Of a stretch of 42,843 nucleotides of DNA, positions 23,880 to 35,449 are shown one piece after another (within the stretch, counting starts at the first letter, position 1; the number at the start of each line of letters is the position of its first letter). The translations under genes and the position numbers were made by a program. Location: positions 1 to 42,843 of the forward strand of contig NKIB01014512.1 in assembly GCA_002256025.1 (NCBI GenBank). Reading direction: 5' to 3'. The notes under the pieces are model-generated. The model searched no databases. It had not been told where the DNA came from and worked only from the letters and a program-made list of their open reading frames with translations. The stretch is from Asterionella formosa. Its lineage: Eukaryota.

Positions 23880-24126
23880 GATTCCAACTGCTGCAGCAAC
23901 AAATCAAGCCAGGCTATCAGGGACAGTTGTTGCGCGTTCGGGCAGTCACTAGCTTTACCTATAGTAGGGCAGGTAGTTTGTTTGAGTGAATGTACCTGGT
24001 TGAGTACCAGCACCGGTACCAGGGTCTTTTGAAGCGAGGCAACACTTATTAAACGAGGCCGCCATCACAGTTCACATTCTTGGATACACAGGGGTTGTAC
24101 GGGTAGTCTACAGGAACTGAGGCCGG

Positions 24127-24256
24127 CAAAACCACAACCCAAAACAATATTTTGGTCTGGTTTGGTTTTGGTCAGACAGACGAAAAAGCGATGCTAACGG
24201 TTTTTGGGAAAACCGAAACGTTATTTTGTCATCCAACCATCGACTGTGACATGGGA
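24127..24256 (+). repeat. Dispersed repeat, copy 2 (related to 20311-20433); possible MITE end
   Basis: Collinear similarity to copy 1. Ends ACTGTGACATGG, partly inverted to CCATCACAGT at ~24062. Confidence 0.7.
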
Positions 24257-24687
24257 CCTGGTACCTGGTACCAGTTCCTGTGGTATCGGCAAATGAATCT
24301 TCAGGTGGCGACCAGCAGCAATAACAAGACAAGATAGACTACTGGGATACAGACACGCGGACACGATAGCTGGTGCTGACCTCATGCTATAATATTAATA
24401 ACGTCGTATTTGTCTTGCTGCTGCTATCTTACTGATGATATGATCTCTTCGTCGTGAGATGCCTATGTTCCCGGTATGTTATAATCCCCCCTCCCCCTCA
24501 AAAGACACGAAAACTTGCCGCCAAGAATATCACAAATTATATATACCGGTAGTCATGCGATGATAAGCATGGCCACATTGTCAGATATCAACTACAATAA
24601 CGATTACGAACGCAAGTGCTTTTTGGTGTTGAGCCTCCTCTGCTCCGATTTCCTCACCTTTAGCTGTTGCCATCGCTGAAAACAAAA

Positions 24688-25802
24688 ATGATAGTCGTCC
24701 CCGCAGCAAACAGCAACTATATCGAGGAAACTCAGTTGTCGCCACACTCCATGATGGCGGAAGCAGTTGTGACAGAAGCATTGGCAGAACGCAAACACCT
24801 CGTTCAGAAAGAAAGTTCTAAGGAGGCGGAAGATGGTGCTGGAAATGATGAAAGTTCTGAGGGAGAGGCTCTTTTGGGAAAAAGGTCTCGTTTCGACGAA
24901 GAGAAGGAAACTACAGATGAGCTGAAAAAGCTGTGGGAACCTGCCACGACTGATCTGGAATGGAAGCAGACTGCAGCCGTTGAAAGGACCATAACGATGG
25001 TGTACGCTCAGATTGAATCTATGATACATCAGGGATTAGAAGCATATCATGGTTGGGAAATTATGTCACGAGACTTGGCGCATGCGAAAGAAGAGATTGA
25101 AACGAAAGATAGGGATATCAAGAGACTTCGTACTTTTGAAGAGCAATCCAGAACCACCGTCTCTGTGAGTATGACAACTAATTGCATGCATCATTATTCA
25201 TCGACCTGATCTCTACTTCTAACTTTTTCAAAATTTCCATTGTTCAGAACCTCTTGCGAGCCGTGGAAACATCTAAATCAGACGCCAGGGATGCTTCACG
25301 TGCTGTTCAGATGGAAGCCAGACTTCGAGCCGATCTCAGTGTTTTGCGCTCGGAAAAGGATGAAGCACTCTCTTATTCTAATGAATACAAGCGCAAAGTT
25401 ACTCTGTTGGAAGAAGAACTTCGATTGATCAAGTCCAAGCTTATCAGAGTTGGTCAGGAAAAGGTCAAGATGGAACGTGATTCTCGTGCTGCTATTTCCT
25501 TGGCACGCAGTCTTGATATCAACTCTTCTGCTGATGTAGACTTCCATAAACGAAAGGTCAGAACACCCAACGCTTCAATATTTTCAATTCTGGGTCGCAA
25601 TATGTATCATGATCTAACTTACTTCTATTCTTAGGTTGCTGAGTTGACAATTCAAGTACAGGCACAGCAAGCCTTGACCAGTGAAAAGTCACACCAGCTC
25701 GATGAAATGCGTCGTCAAATGGAACGATCCATGAGTCAGAATAGACTTGCACATATCCGTGCTGAAGGGACCAAGAATCGAAATCCTCGCCATTCAACGT
25801 GA
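24688..25802 (+). CDS. Coiled-coil protein of unknown function (exons 24688-25164, 25248-25556, 25635-25802)
   Basis: Two phase-0 GT..AG introns join TTVS/NLLR and HKRK/VAEL. Heptad-rich sequence; TGA stop at 25800-25802. Confidence 0.8.
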
Positions 25803-26159
25803 GCATTGACAGAAATTAGTGGAGTCACTCTATTAGTTCGAGATGGAAAATATATACCGGAATATTCATACCAAATTTTTCGATGCCATGTAGTAGCTAT
25901 TACTCGGTCCAACATACGATAGGATTATAGTTTACACATCACGCATATACCAGTAGTAAATGTGGTCGATACCGGGAGTCGATAGCAATGTTCATGTCCG
26001 GTATTTTAGTCCATAAATGATGCTGAGTACCCACATTGTAAATACCGGTGCCGGTACCTGGTTCTCACATTTTATATCGGCAGCCTAAAATATTTGGTTG
26101 GGTAATAAATAGTGGCAACGCTTCAAAATTAAAAAAATACTACCGGTATATCACTCATG

Positions 26160-26420
26160 CTGATAATACAAACGTTGTACTCATAACGCTAATTTTTTGT
26201 TTGTGTTGACCAAATTGCATTAGTAACTCCAGTTTGCACCTCGAGGTGCCAACCAGAGTTAACAAATTTGGTCAGCACAAACACAAATTTATATACAGTT
26301 ACAAATAACAGGCTAATATATAAAAATATGTCTAGGCATGAATCACAACATATTAATTCCCAGAAAATTTCAAGACTTGTGTGCTCATTCTCCAGAAATG
26401 GATTGCTCTTGCCCAAAAAG
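26160..26420. mobile_element. Fold-back (palindromic) repeat element centred at 26242/26243
   Basis: TTGTTTGTGTTGACCAAATTG...AACTC...GCACC TCGA GGTGC...GAGTT..CAAATTTGGTCAGCACAAACACAA forms a long imperfect hairpin. One arm is also found at 21632-21790. Confidence 0.7.
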
Positions 26421-26814
26421 GGCATAATGGCAGCAATGGGATTATTTTCTTTTTTGCCAATTTTGTGAACAGTGCCCTGGTATTGCTTACCTTCATTGTG
26501 TCAAGGATTTCCATAACTGGCATTTTGTTCTCTGCTTTACTGCAGCATTTTGCCACTCATATTATCCATGCTGGCTAGCAGTACTGCCTGTTTTTTTGCG
26601 CTCAATTATTGATGAATTAAGAGAGACGCAGACAGGGTTTTTCCCGAGGTTCCAGAGCCTGTCATTGTTTTTCAGGGTTCGTTATGCTATTTAGCTGCTC
26701 CTTACTGCAATATTAAAGATAAATAAGAAGAAGGGAAAGACGAGTTGCTTCAAGATACACAATGAAGTTTTCTACTAAAAGTCGAAAACAAAACTGTAAA
26801 GCAGACTGCAACAT

Positions 26815-26945
26815 GAGGAGGCATGACAAACGAGCGGATGCATCACTGGGAAAATCTAGCTGTCACTAATTATAGTTAAATATATTTCATGCTAGTTAAT
26901 ATATAATAAGCAATCTAAAATAATTCGAATTAGAGCGCAGTGAAA
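26815..26945 (+). repeat. Dispersed repeat related to 34853-34978
   Basis: Shared AGGAGGCAT..CA.AC.AG.GGATGCAT...AATTA.AGTTAAAT...ATAATAAG.AATCT.AAATAATTCGAAT..AGAGC.CA.TGA. Confidence 0.7.
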
Positions 26946-27267
26946 GCGCGCCCAGTCTAATTATTAGGATGGTACCAGGTACCAGGTACCAGGGTACGAC
27001 CCGTACTGTAAATTCTTTTCCTTTGCGCTTTTATGTAGTTCTTATTACATGACAGTATTTTACGTAAAAACTAGTAGCCACCATTCACGACGACCATAAC
27101 GGGACACCAGTGCACAATCTCGGAAGAGGAAATGCAGTTGTGTTCCAAACTATGCACACAATGGCAAGGAAAAGCGCAAGAGACAATCATCCCTGCCCCC
27201 CTCACTCTACCCTACATGTGTTCGTGAGTTCCCAAGAACAGAATTTTATTTCCAACCAAAGAAAGGA

Positions 27268-28815
27268 ATGACGGCTTATCGCCTTGTTTCGGAACAAACT
27301 CAGAACTCAATACATGCAACTAGTGATGATTCTGTTAGCTGCGATGAATGCGACGAAATAGTCGACAGTGGTGGAACATATGAAATATTCATTTCAAGTA
27401 ATGACATTCAGGTTTCTGTCGTCAATGAAATGCCAGGAGTTGCGCGATCAAGCCAAGTATTGATGAACTTTGTCGTCATGTCTGTTCTCTTTAGCGCCAA
27501 TCATGGAGCGATGGTATCATGTTTAGCCTTCACAACCCTTCAGCTCGGATCCACGGGGGCATGGGAGCTTTCACTTCTCCATTTGGTTTATGCTGCTTCG
27601 GCCCTTTTGGGGTCGACGTTCGTTGTCAAGCAAATGGGGTCTCGAAATTCCATTACGTTTGGAATGGCACTTTACTCGACATATGTCTTCTGTTTTTGGT
27701 CGTCGATTCAATGGCCCTTTTGGAAACAGGAGCTGGCTGCGGTCGGAGCCATTACGGGAGGTGTTGGTGGAGCAATTTTGTGGACAGCGCAAGGCTCATA
27801 TTTCTGTATTGCTGCGAAAGATTACGCTGACACCGGCAACGATAGGGATTTTGAGGAGGCCACTTCCTTCTTGGCTGGAATCTTTGCTTTTATCTATTTG
27901 GTGGGAGAAGTTATGTGCAAGCTATTGTCATGGGCAATATTGGAAACAGAGAACTCAACCTGGAATAAAGTTACTGGAATCTATACTGCTCTTGCGATCT
28001 CATCGACTGTCATGATGGCATGGGTTTTCGACTATCCCAATGATGCAACTGTACGCAATTGTTCCGTAACCTACAAATTAACAGCTGCCTTGCAGCTTTT
28101 GATACGAAATCCAAAAATGAAGTACATGATTGGCCTCAACGCTGTCTTTGGCCTTGCATATCCCTTTGTAAATTCATTCGTTAACGGAGAAGTTGTTCAT
28201 CGCGTGTTGGCAAATGACGAAAACCTTCACAACGTCGGTCTTTTCTCGGCGATGTCAGCAGCAGTAGCTGCAATATGCAGTTTAGTTTTTGGTTGTCTGA
28301 CTCAGCACAAGGGAGCGGTCTTGATATTTGGTGCATTTTCGTTCGGTATGGTAACGATACCATTCCTGATACAACCCAACTTTGGAATGTGGGAAGAGCG
28401 TAAGCTTGCATTAGTCTATTTCTTTCAAGGAGTTGGCCGCTCCACGTTTGAAGGGGCACTGCGTGCCGTTTTTGCCGAATACTTTCCAGATGAAAGGGAA
28501 GGTGCCTTTGCCAACATAATTCTTCAGAATGGCGTGTTTACTGCTGTAGGGTTCGTCCTTTCTTATTATGTGCCGTGTTGGACAAAGGACAGCTTCTGTC
28601 TCGAATTCAAAGAAGGCGGACTCCATAACATTTTAGTTCTTGAGGTGTCTGTGGTTGTCACTGCCGTTGTGGCTATCATGGGGTACTCGCGAGCGTCCAT
28701 TCTTGTCGCTGTTGACAATAGCGGGGAACATCAATCGCGCCTGGAACCGTTACTAAACAACGAACGAGGCGATGCTGAGATAGAAAACTTGGGAATTATG
28801 GATTGTCCCAGTTAG
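27268..28815 (+). CDS. UNC-93-like major facilitator superfamily membrane protein
   Basis: About 11-12 TM helices. GGVGGAILWTAQGSYF is the UNC-93 signature; FLAGIFAFIY and EGAFANI also fit. Confidence 0.88.
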   Translation: MTAYRLVSEQTQNSIHATSDDSVSCDECDEIVDSGGTYEIFISSNDIQVSVVNEMPGVARSSQVLMNFVVMSVLFSANHGAMVSCLAFTTLQLGSTGAWELSLLHLVYAASALLGSTFVVKQMGSRNSITFGMALYSTYVFCFWSSIQWPFWKQELAAVGAITGGVGGAILWTAQGSYFCIAAKDYADTGNDRDFEEATSFLAGIFAFIYLVGEVMCKLLSWAILETENSTWNKVTGIYTALAISSTVMMAWVFDYPNDATVRNCSVTYKLTAALQLLIRNPKMKYMIGLNAVFGLAYPFVNSFVNGEVVHRVLANDENLHNVGLFSAMSAAVAAICSLVFGCLTQHKGAVLIFGAFSFGMVTIPFLIQPNFGMWEERKLALVYFFQGVGRSTFEGALRAVFAEYFPDEREGAFANIILQNGVFTAVGFVLSYYVPCWTKDSFCLEFKEGGLHNILVLEVSVVVTAVVAIMGYSRASILVAVDNSGEHQSRLEPLLNNERGDAEIENLGIMDCPS

Positions 28816-28913
28816 AGGAGGCTCAGGATGAGCAACACCAGGAGGGGGGATTGTCATTTCTTGAACGCGACCAACATTACCGTGGGTTGTTCATTCTTAC
28901 CAACATTATTCAT

Positions 28914-29678
28914 TTACCCTTTCTCAAGTTGGTCGATCAGTTCACGAGCTTGCCTTGGTTCAAGCAGCCCGAAAATTATACACTGTGAATCTGTGGAATC
29001 TTTTGTGCACCATTCGTTCGTCATCTGGGCTGCAACAGCAATTGCTTCTGATTCGGGAAAGCCTCGTGCACCTGCCCCGAGAAGTGGAGTGGCCACCCTC
29101 AGGTGTGATTCAAACGCTTTTTTCAGAGCTCGCTCATAACAGAGACTTAGGTATTCATGTGGATTTTCATGAAATTTATAAAATGGTGGGGTTGTGTGGA
29201 CAATTTCGTCGTACTCGTCTTTCAGCAGTTTGCACCCTGCTGACGTTTTGACAGCGCTGCCTACCGGACATACATCGCCATTCATTGCCATAATTTTCTG
29301 CATTCGGCACTCCAACTCAAGTCTCCAGCCACCCTGTTGATGGACGAGTCCATCCACAACAGAGACTGGATAAAGCATTCCTGTTCCGACTTCCATTCCT
29401 CCCCATTGCGAAACATATCCTAAAGGTTGCCAGTCCTTATGCATTGACATTGGCTTCTCTTTCGGGACAGGTCCTCCCCGGGGAAAATATGGGAAATTCC
29501 TAACTCCAGAAAGCTGTGGGTTACCTGGATTAATAAGAAGCGTCGCATGGACTCTCGATTTTCCGAAGTTGGTGACAATACACGTTGTTGTCCAGATTTC
29601 AATGGATCTGTTCGAGGATCGCGAGATCCTGTGAAGTAGCTCAGGTCCGATTGATGGTTTGAAGAATCGTTTTGACAT
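28914..29678 (-). CDS. Macrodomain (ADP-ribose-binding/hydrolase-like) protein
   Basis: LINPGNPQL, VDGLVHQQGG, CPVGSAVKT.AG, IVHTTPP, L..CY..AL and VATPLLGAGARGFP. Confidence 0.88.
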   Translation of the reverse strand: MSKRFFKPSIGPELLHRISRSSNRSIEIWTTTCIVTNFGKSRVHATLLINPGNPQLSGVRNFPYFPRGGPVPKEKPMSMHKDWQPLGYVSQWGGMEVGTGMLYPVSVVDGLVHQQGGWRLELECRMQKIMAMNGDVCPVGSAVKTSAGCKLLKDEYDEIVHTTPPFYKFHENPHEYLSLCYERALKKAFESHLRVATPLLGAGARGFPESEAIAVAAQMTNEWCTKDSTDSQCIIFGLLEPRQARELIDQLEKG

Positions 29679-30729
29679 TCGTGATGAGCTCGATATAAAA
29701 GATTCGACTTTGGAAGTCGAAAGAAAAGACCCAAGTACAGCGAACAGGAAAGGTATTTGGTGATCGGCTATAACACAATACTCAAAAGTGATGTGAGTAA
29801 TCTCTCGTAATCAATAGTTCCACAGTCAACAAGCAAGCAGCACACAGAACGTTTCGATACAGAATAATCACAAAGATGGCACTAATTGCACAGTGGATAG
29901 AATGGGGTACCCGAAGATAGGTTTTCCGATCATCTGTTATCGGGGTCGGAAGTAATTTTCATATACGGGTAAACTATGTAGTCGTAATTAGTAAAGGATA
30001 ACGGAATCACGATATACCGGTAAACAACTGAAGCGCAAATCACGACAAATCCATGTGCCGCCGGACACATTGAAAAACAACGGTGGTATCATACTACCGG
30101 TATGCTTTATTCTACTCCAGAGTAGCTGGTACCCGTACAGTACCAGCACCAGGTACCCTGGTACCAGTAAACCTATAATACCGGTATGTGATCATGATAA
30201 ATATACCGGTCTATGTACCAAGTACAAGGTAACCCTGGTACCCCTAGTACCAGCCTCACATACCGGTTGTCTAATGGACATGTTGCTGCATACCGGTACC
30301 AGGTACCACCCTACCAGGGTACGTACTCCGAGTGCCGATAGTACTGCTGGTACACCTAATCATTTCCCTACCAGTCAGTGCAATCCTGTATCTGCAGCTT
30401 TCTAAAACGTCGTAGTAGAAATGCATATTGTGGAACAAAAAAGAACTCCTTTGGTGATGGGCCTCAGGTTTTCACGCGATATTGCCCTTGTTATTATTTC
30501 CGGAATCGAACGAATCCTTTCCATGTTAGCCAGTATAGCCTTCGCTTTGTTTGACAGAACAATTATCATGTGTCGAAAATCTGAAAACTTTGAGGAACAG
30601 AAAGCAGTCCTTTGAAGTAAAGCGTTCAATGCAACTATTCTTCATTGCATACTTTCAATCAAGTTGTCGGCTCCGATATATTCGACGTCCACGGTAGCCT
30701 GCTGATTGATATTTGCTTCGATTTGCGAC

Positions 30730-32544
30730 ATGAAGTTCATTTTTATCATGTTGATGGCGGCTTCGCAATCGAGGAAAGGTCTAGCAAGCAACCGGGTTCT
30801 GGATCTAAAGCTTGACTTTGATGCTATTCCAGATGACCATTCCTCTGAGGCTCTTCGTTACAATACCCTGGTCCTCGAGTCTGCACTCAACTCCCTGGAG
30901 GCCTTCGAAACGTTGATAGTTGGTCAGAACTTCTTCCTTTATCACGGTGTAAATGCTACGGACATGAAAGATGTAGTTATTCAGATTGATGGAAGTCTTA
31001 ACTTTGAACGAGATTTCTCAGAATCCTGGAACGAGAATTCATATCAAGTCGGTGCATCGTTGATTCGTCCGAAACCTTGTATAACGCTGACCCGAGGCAA
31101 GAATATTACTTTTACATCAACCACACTAGGGCGAGGCATTATTCATGGAGGTGGCCCTCAATGGTGGGGAGTCCCATTCATTGGATACCAAATGCTACGA
31201 GAGCACCGACCAAGACTGTTCTATGCTCATCGGACGATTGGTCTTGTCATCGAGAACATGATCTTCCAAGACTCTCCATTCCACTCCCTATATCTTTATT
31301 CTATCAACCAAGTTGTGATTCATCACGTGAGCATCGTTAGCCGTAGAACTACTCGTGATGCCCACGGTCTTATCGACCTCTCTGCTTTTAACACTGATGG
31401 CATAGATGTCGCCGGGCACAATGTCCATATTCACGATGTTGATATATGGAATCAAGATGACTGTATAGCAGTCAAGGATAATGATCCGAATTTTGATCTT
31501 CTTTCCTCGAACATGACTTTTGAGCGCATTAATGCTTCGGGTTTGGGGTTTGTGATAGGATCTATTGGAACATCAACAGTCCGAAATATTACTTTCCGAG
31601 ACAGCTACCTGTACAAGTCATACAAGGGCATCTATCTCAAGTTCCGCGAGCAATCAACGTCGAATCAATCGGGCATAATTGAAGATATCCTTTTTGAGAA
31701 TATTACAATTGAAAGCCCCCAGCAGTGGGCTATTTGGATTGGACCAGCTCAACAAGCGGGTGGAAGGTGAGTTCGTGTTTTTTACTGACCTAAAACAAAT
31801 CAGTTAAAGCCTTCACAGTGCTAACGATTGTCCTTCTATAATTTAAGGAGTCGTGATCCTTGCTATCCATCGCCATGTAGTTTGTGTTGGCCGACTACTC
31901 CTGGGGCGGAGTGCAATGCAGTCAAACATGCTAGATATCGAAACATCACTCTCAAAAATATTATGATCTACAACCCGTTGGGAACTGGTGTAATCCTTGG
32001 ACATGAGGACATCACAATTGAAGATGTTGTTTTCGACAACGTACTCATTCTCACGACTGAGCATAACAGCTCCATTGACCGATATAGTTCATTTCCAGGC
32101 CTTCGGCAGCCAGTGCACGATCCCTATGTTAAATATGGGTTTATCATTGTAGCGTTGATGGTCGGGTTTCTCGTGGCAGTGACGCGACTTTGCTGCCTCG
32201 CCGTATCATCGTGGTCCTCTCGTGCCACCGGCTGCTGCTTCCGTTGTCGCAACTATAACGAGCTTGAACAAGAGGATTGCACCCCAGAAGGTCAAAATGA
32301 ACAAGTCGTCCATTCGGTGAGTCCAAAAGCTTGCACAAGGCGTGTGGCACGACGAATGACAATACTTTCGATGGTAGTGGCCTTGGTAATTTCATTTGGA
32401 GTCCTTACTAGTTTGCATGCCTCTGTTGCACGGAGAACAAGCGATGAAAGCAAGTACTTTGTGTGTTCCGGCGTTGCCAACGGCGTCGCCCAAGGCAAGA
32501 CCTTTCCAATTCCATATTGTTTTGAGGACAAGACAACCAGGTAG
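30730..32544 (+). CDS. Glycoside hydrolase family 28 (polygalacturonase-like) with two C-terminal TM helices (exons 30730-31766, 31848-32544)
   Basis: GGGPQWW, DSPFH, FNTDGIDV, NQDDCIAVK, GLGFVIGSIG and VRNITF beta-helix repeats. Intron 31767-31847 has a NAGNAG acceptor (AAG GAG; either keeps frame). Confidence 0.88.
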
Positions 32545-33312
32545 AATAGTGTTATTACATCCAATCTATGCCGTGGAAGTTGCGCTGGTTGTTGCAACTG
32601 GACGGTGCTTTGACTGTGATATAGAAGGAGTTTATGATTAGCATGTTGTCGCCGGCGTTCACAATGTAGATGGGACGGTCGGAAAAAGACCTCAGTTAAA
32701 AAATGAAAAGTTACGTATGCTTTTATCAATCACTCTGAATTCAGACAGGGATAACAGTTTCTTTCATCATTGATCCATTCACTGCAAATCGTAAGGGTTC
32801 ACAGTTAGAGGTACTTACGTTTCCATTCCCTCTTACTAAAACGTTGACATGGCTGGATCGAGGCAAGTGAATCCTAGGAGAGTACAAGCCCTCCTTCGGA
32901 TGATTGATACTGTTGCAGCCTTGATTATGCAAATGTGAGCACACACACCTTCAACACGTATCTGCATCGTTGGATTGATTATGATACAACATCATCGGCA
33001 TTTGCTCAGCGTCAAATCAGCCAAGGTTCGTTTCTGTAATGTGGAATGATCATTTTAACTTTCACATGCTGATACAAATCCATGTTTTGGCCTCTGATTG
33101 CATAACGGTACCAGGTACCGGTATATATTCATGGTTTTGTCCTCGATTTGTCTGTGCATCGACCGACGGCTTGCAGCCCATCATTCACATACCGGTACTG
33201 AGTTCAATGAAGGTCCGGTAATCAAGATATTTAGCTTAACCTTTTCGTAAGTACCGAACGTATTTTATCGGACCTTCCCAGTAGGTACCACCAGGTACCT
33301 GTGGTTTAAGTA

Positions 33313-33340
33313 CCTGCAAGTTGCGGTCATTTTGCTTGAC
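33313..33340 (+). mobile_element. Solo left TIR of the CCWGCAAGTTGCGGTC MITE family
   Basis: TA|CCTGCAAGTTGCGGTCATTTTGCTT. No matching right end seen. Confidence 0.6.
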
Positions 33341-33498
33341 TGGCCACATGGCAACAGTCAGATGTGTACATGGTTATACCTACAGTGTATGTGAACTTTT
33401 AAAAAATACGGAGGCTTAAAACTTTTTTGCTTTCGAGTTGGCATACCATCAGTTTTGCTATAAATATGATCACTTTGGCAGATATAGCAAAATGTTGA

Positions 33499-33668
33499 AG
33501 TCCCTAGGGTTCTGGAGGGTGAGGCTGAAGAAAAGACAGGTCCTGTTGTACCATCCATACAGACGAATAAAACTGGTATTAATTGCTTCCATTCAAGATT
33601 CAAAATGTGGGCACAAGTGCAGTTATTGGATAGCTTTAATGTACTATAAGATTGAATTTCAATTTTTT
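33499..33668 (+). mobile_element. 5'-truncated copy of the SINE-like element at 40167-40451
   Basis: AGTCCCTA.GG.TC.GG...CTGA.GAAAA...GGTC..GTTGTAC...GAC.AATAAAAC..GTA...TTATTGGATAGCTTT.A.GTACTATAA...TTTTTT is collinear with the 3' part of the full copy. Confidence 0.7.
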
Positions 33669-34370
33669 CTCATGCATTCTGTTCTCTGTTACTGCTCAAA
33701 TGTACTGGACTCTATCCATGAAAAAAGATGTACAACCAGCAAGTAGTGTACAAACTCAAAACAACTGATGGCATATCACTGGACTTGATCACAAATGCAA
33801 CTGTTAGCTAGGAAGACAGGTTCGCAGTCGCTATCCTTACCAAAAAAAGGAGTTGGTCCGAGCAAATGAAGGACTCTAACAACAAGGAGTGGTCAGGTAG
33901 AAAAGGTTATAATAACTGGAATGACTGCTGTCTTGACCCCATTTCAATGCAGTGGTGTATGCTAGTTTCCATTGCCAAAGCTTCACGGGGATATTGATCA
34001 TCCAAGACAATCAAATCAATGAAAAATTACAATGCTGATCTCTTTTTGGCTGACAGACATCGACATGTTAGCTTCTTGGGCTCAGCTGTTGGATGGTCTT
34101 TCTCTGAATAACTTTGCTATTGGTTACCACTGAATGAAAATATATCATGCTTGTTGAGACATAAGGAGCAATATCCTACAATTAGGGCTTTCTTGTACCT
34201 TGCTCTTAGCATGCTGGTTTTGCGCATGTTACCCTGTCACTTGCTTCTTGTGAAGGTCCCCCCCATTTGCTTGTCAGGAGTCATGACAGTAAGCTTGATC
34301 ATGGTCCAGTGAATTGCATTGTTTTCTGATGTCACGCCCAGAGATACGTAATATGATTGCACGTCATAGC

Positions 34371-34504
34371 TAGTTACCTGAAACTGCGTTACAGCCACCT
34401 GCAACAATTAATGGCACTACTAAGCCATTCCCTTTGAGTCATATGTTATGTATTGCACACCATAGTTACCTAAAACTGCGTTACAGCCACCTGCAACAAT
34501 TAAT
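34371..34504. repeat. Two 42-bp direct repeats (34371-34412, 34463-34504) separated by 50 bp
   Basis: TAGTTACCT(G/A)AAACTGCGTTACAGCCACCTGCAACAATTAAT occurs twice. Confidence 0.9.
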
Positions 34505-34852
34505 TGCCAGATCTTTCATTTCCTCATGAATGCCTTGTACTATAAGTTTGTTGATTTTGTTTGTTATGTGAATAAACATACTAGGGCTTTGTGATTTGTG
34601 TCAGTGATAATCATACCACCCCGGAACTGTTTGAAATGCCAATGTATACACTTCTCTTCCCTGATTAGCTACTGGTTGTACTTCTCTTGGTTTTGTAGGT
34701 TCTTTCTTCTAGTCAAGATACAGAGGCACTGGGCAAGATCCCTCTACTAAGTAAGCAAGGTGCATTCCATTACCCATTTGTTCAAAACGAAGCCTTTCTA
34801 GCTAGGTGTTTCATAACAAAGTTGAAGGGAAAATTATGAAATGCATGAATTA

Positions 34853-34978
34853 TAGGAGGCATATCACACAAGAGGATGCATTGCTACGAAAATTTAATTG
34901 TTATTAATTAAAGTTAAATTTATATTTACCATCAGATAATAAGTAATCTGAAATAATTCGAATATCAGAGCACAATGA
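34853..34978 (+). repeat. Dispersed repeat related to 26815-26945
   Basis: Collinear similarity to 26815-26945, as described for that feature. Confidence 0.7.
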
Positions 34979-35449
34979 CGATATCATATATTATATCACC
35001 AATGAGTATTTGTGATCTAATCATTTTGGCACAAATTAATTTGGTATTTCGAAGCACGCCCATTTTTCTTTTCTTATCGCTCAGAGCACGCTTAATAGGT
35101 ATGTACCGTATGCCGGCGGTGTACATAATATATTATCCGTAGCTATCTATTTTTAGAGCACCGGTATATTCCGGTACACTGGTCTGACAAATACTAAGCC
35201 GAGTACTGGTACCAGGGTACCTGGTACTCCCTCTGTGGTAATGCACAAGGTGGTGGAAGATTTGTGGACTACTTACCTGCATGTATTGGTTCCTGGTGAT
35301 GCTCCGTTCTTGTAATTTGATACCACAATGACACTACCAAAGTATCGACCTTAATGCCCCATTCACTCCGGTTCTACCATAACTCTGCTGCTTCAATAAC
35401 AAGTTCACTTGCCTTCACATCCAAATATATTAATATATATATCATCAAA

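Noticed and set aside
26973..26996. (TACCAGG)n as interstitial telomere repeat
   Set aside because: Does not resemble TTAGGG-type repeats, has variable unit length and occurs in both orientations as palindromes.
34371..34504. Repeat-spacer-repeat resembling a CRISPR array
   Set aside because: Only two units, eukaryotic context and no cas genes; a simple local duplication.
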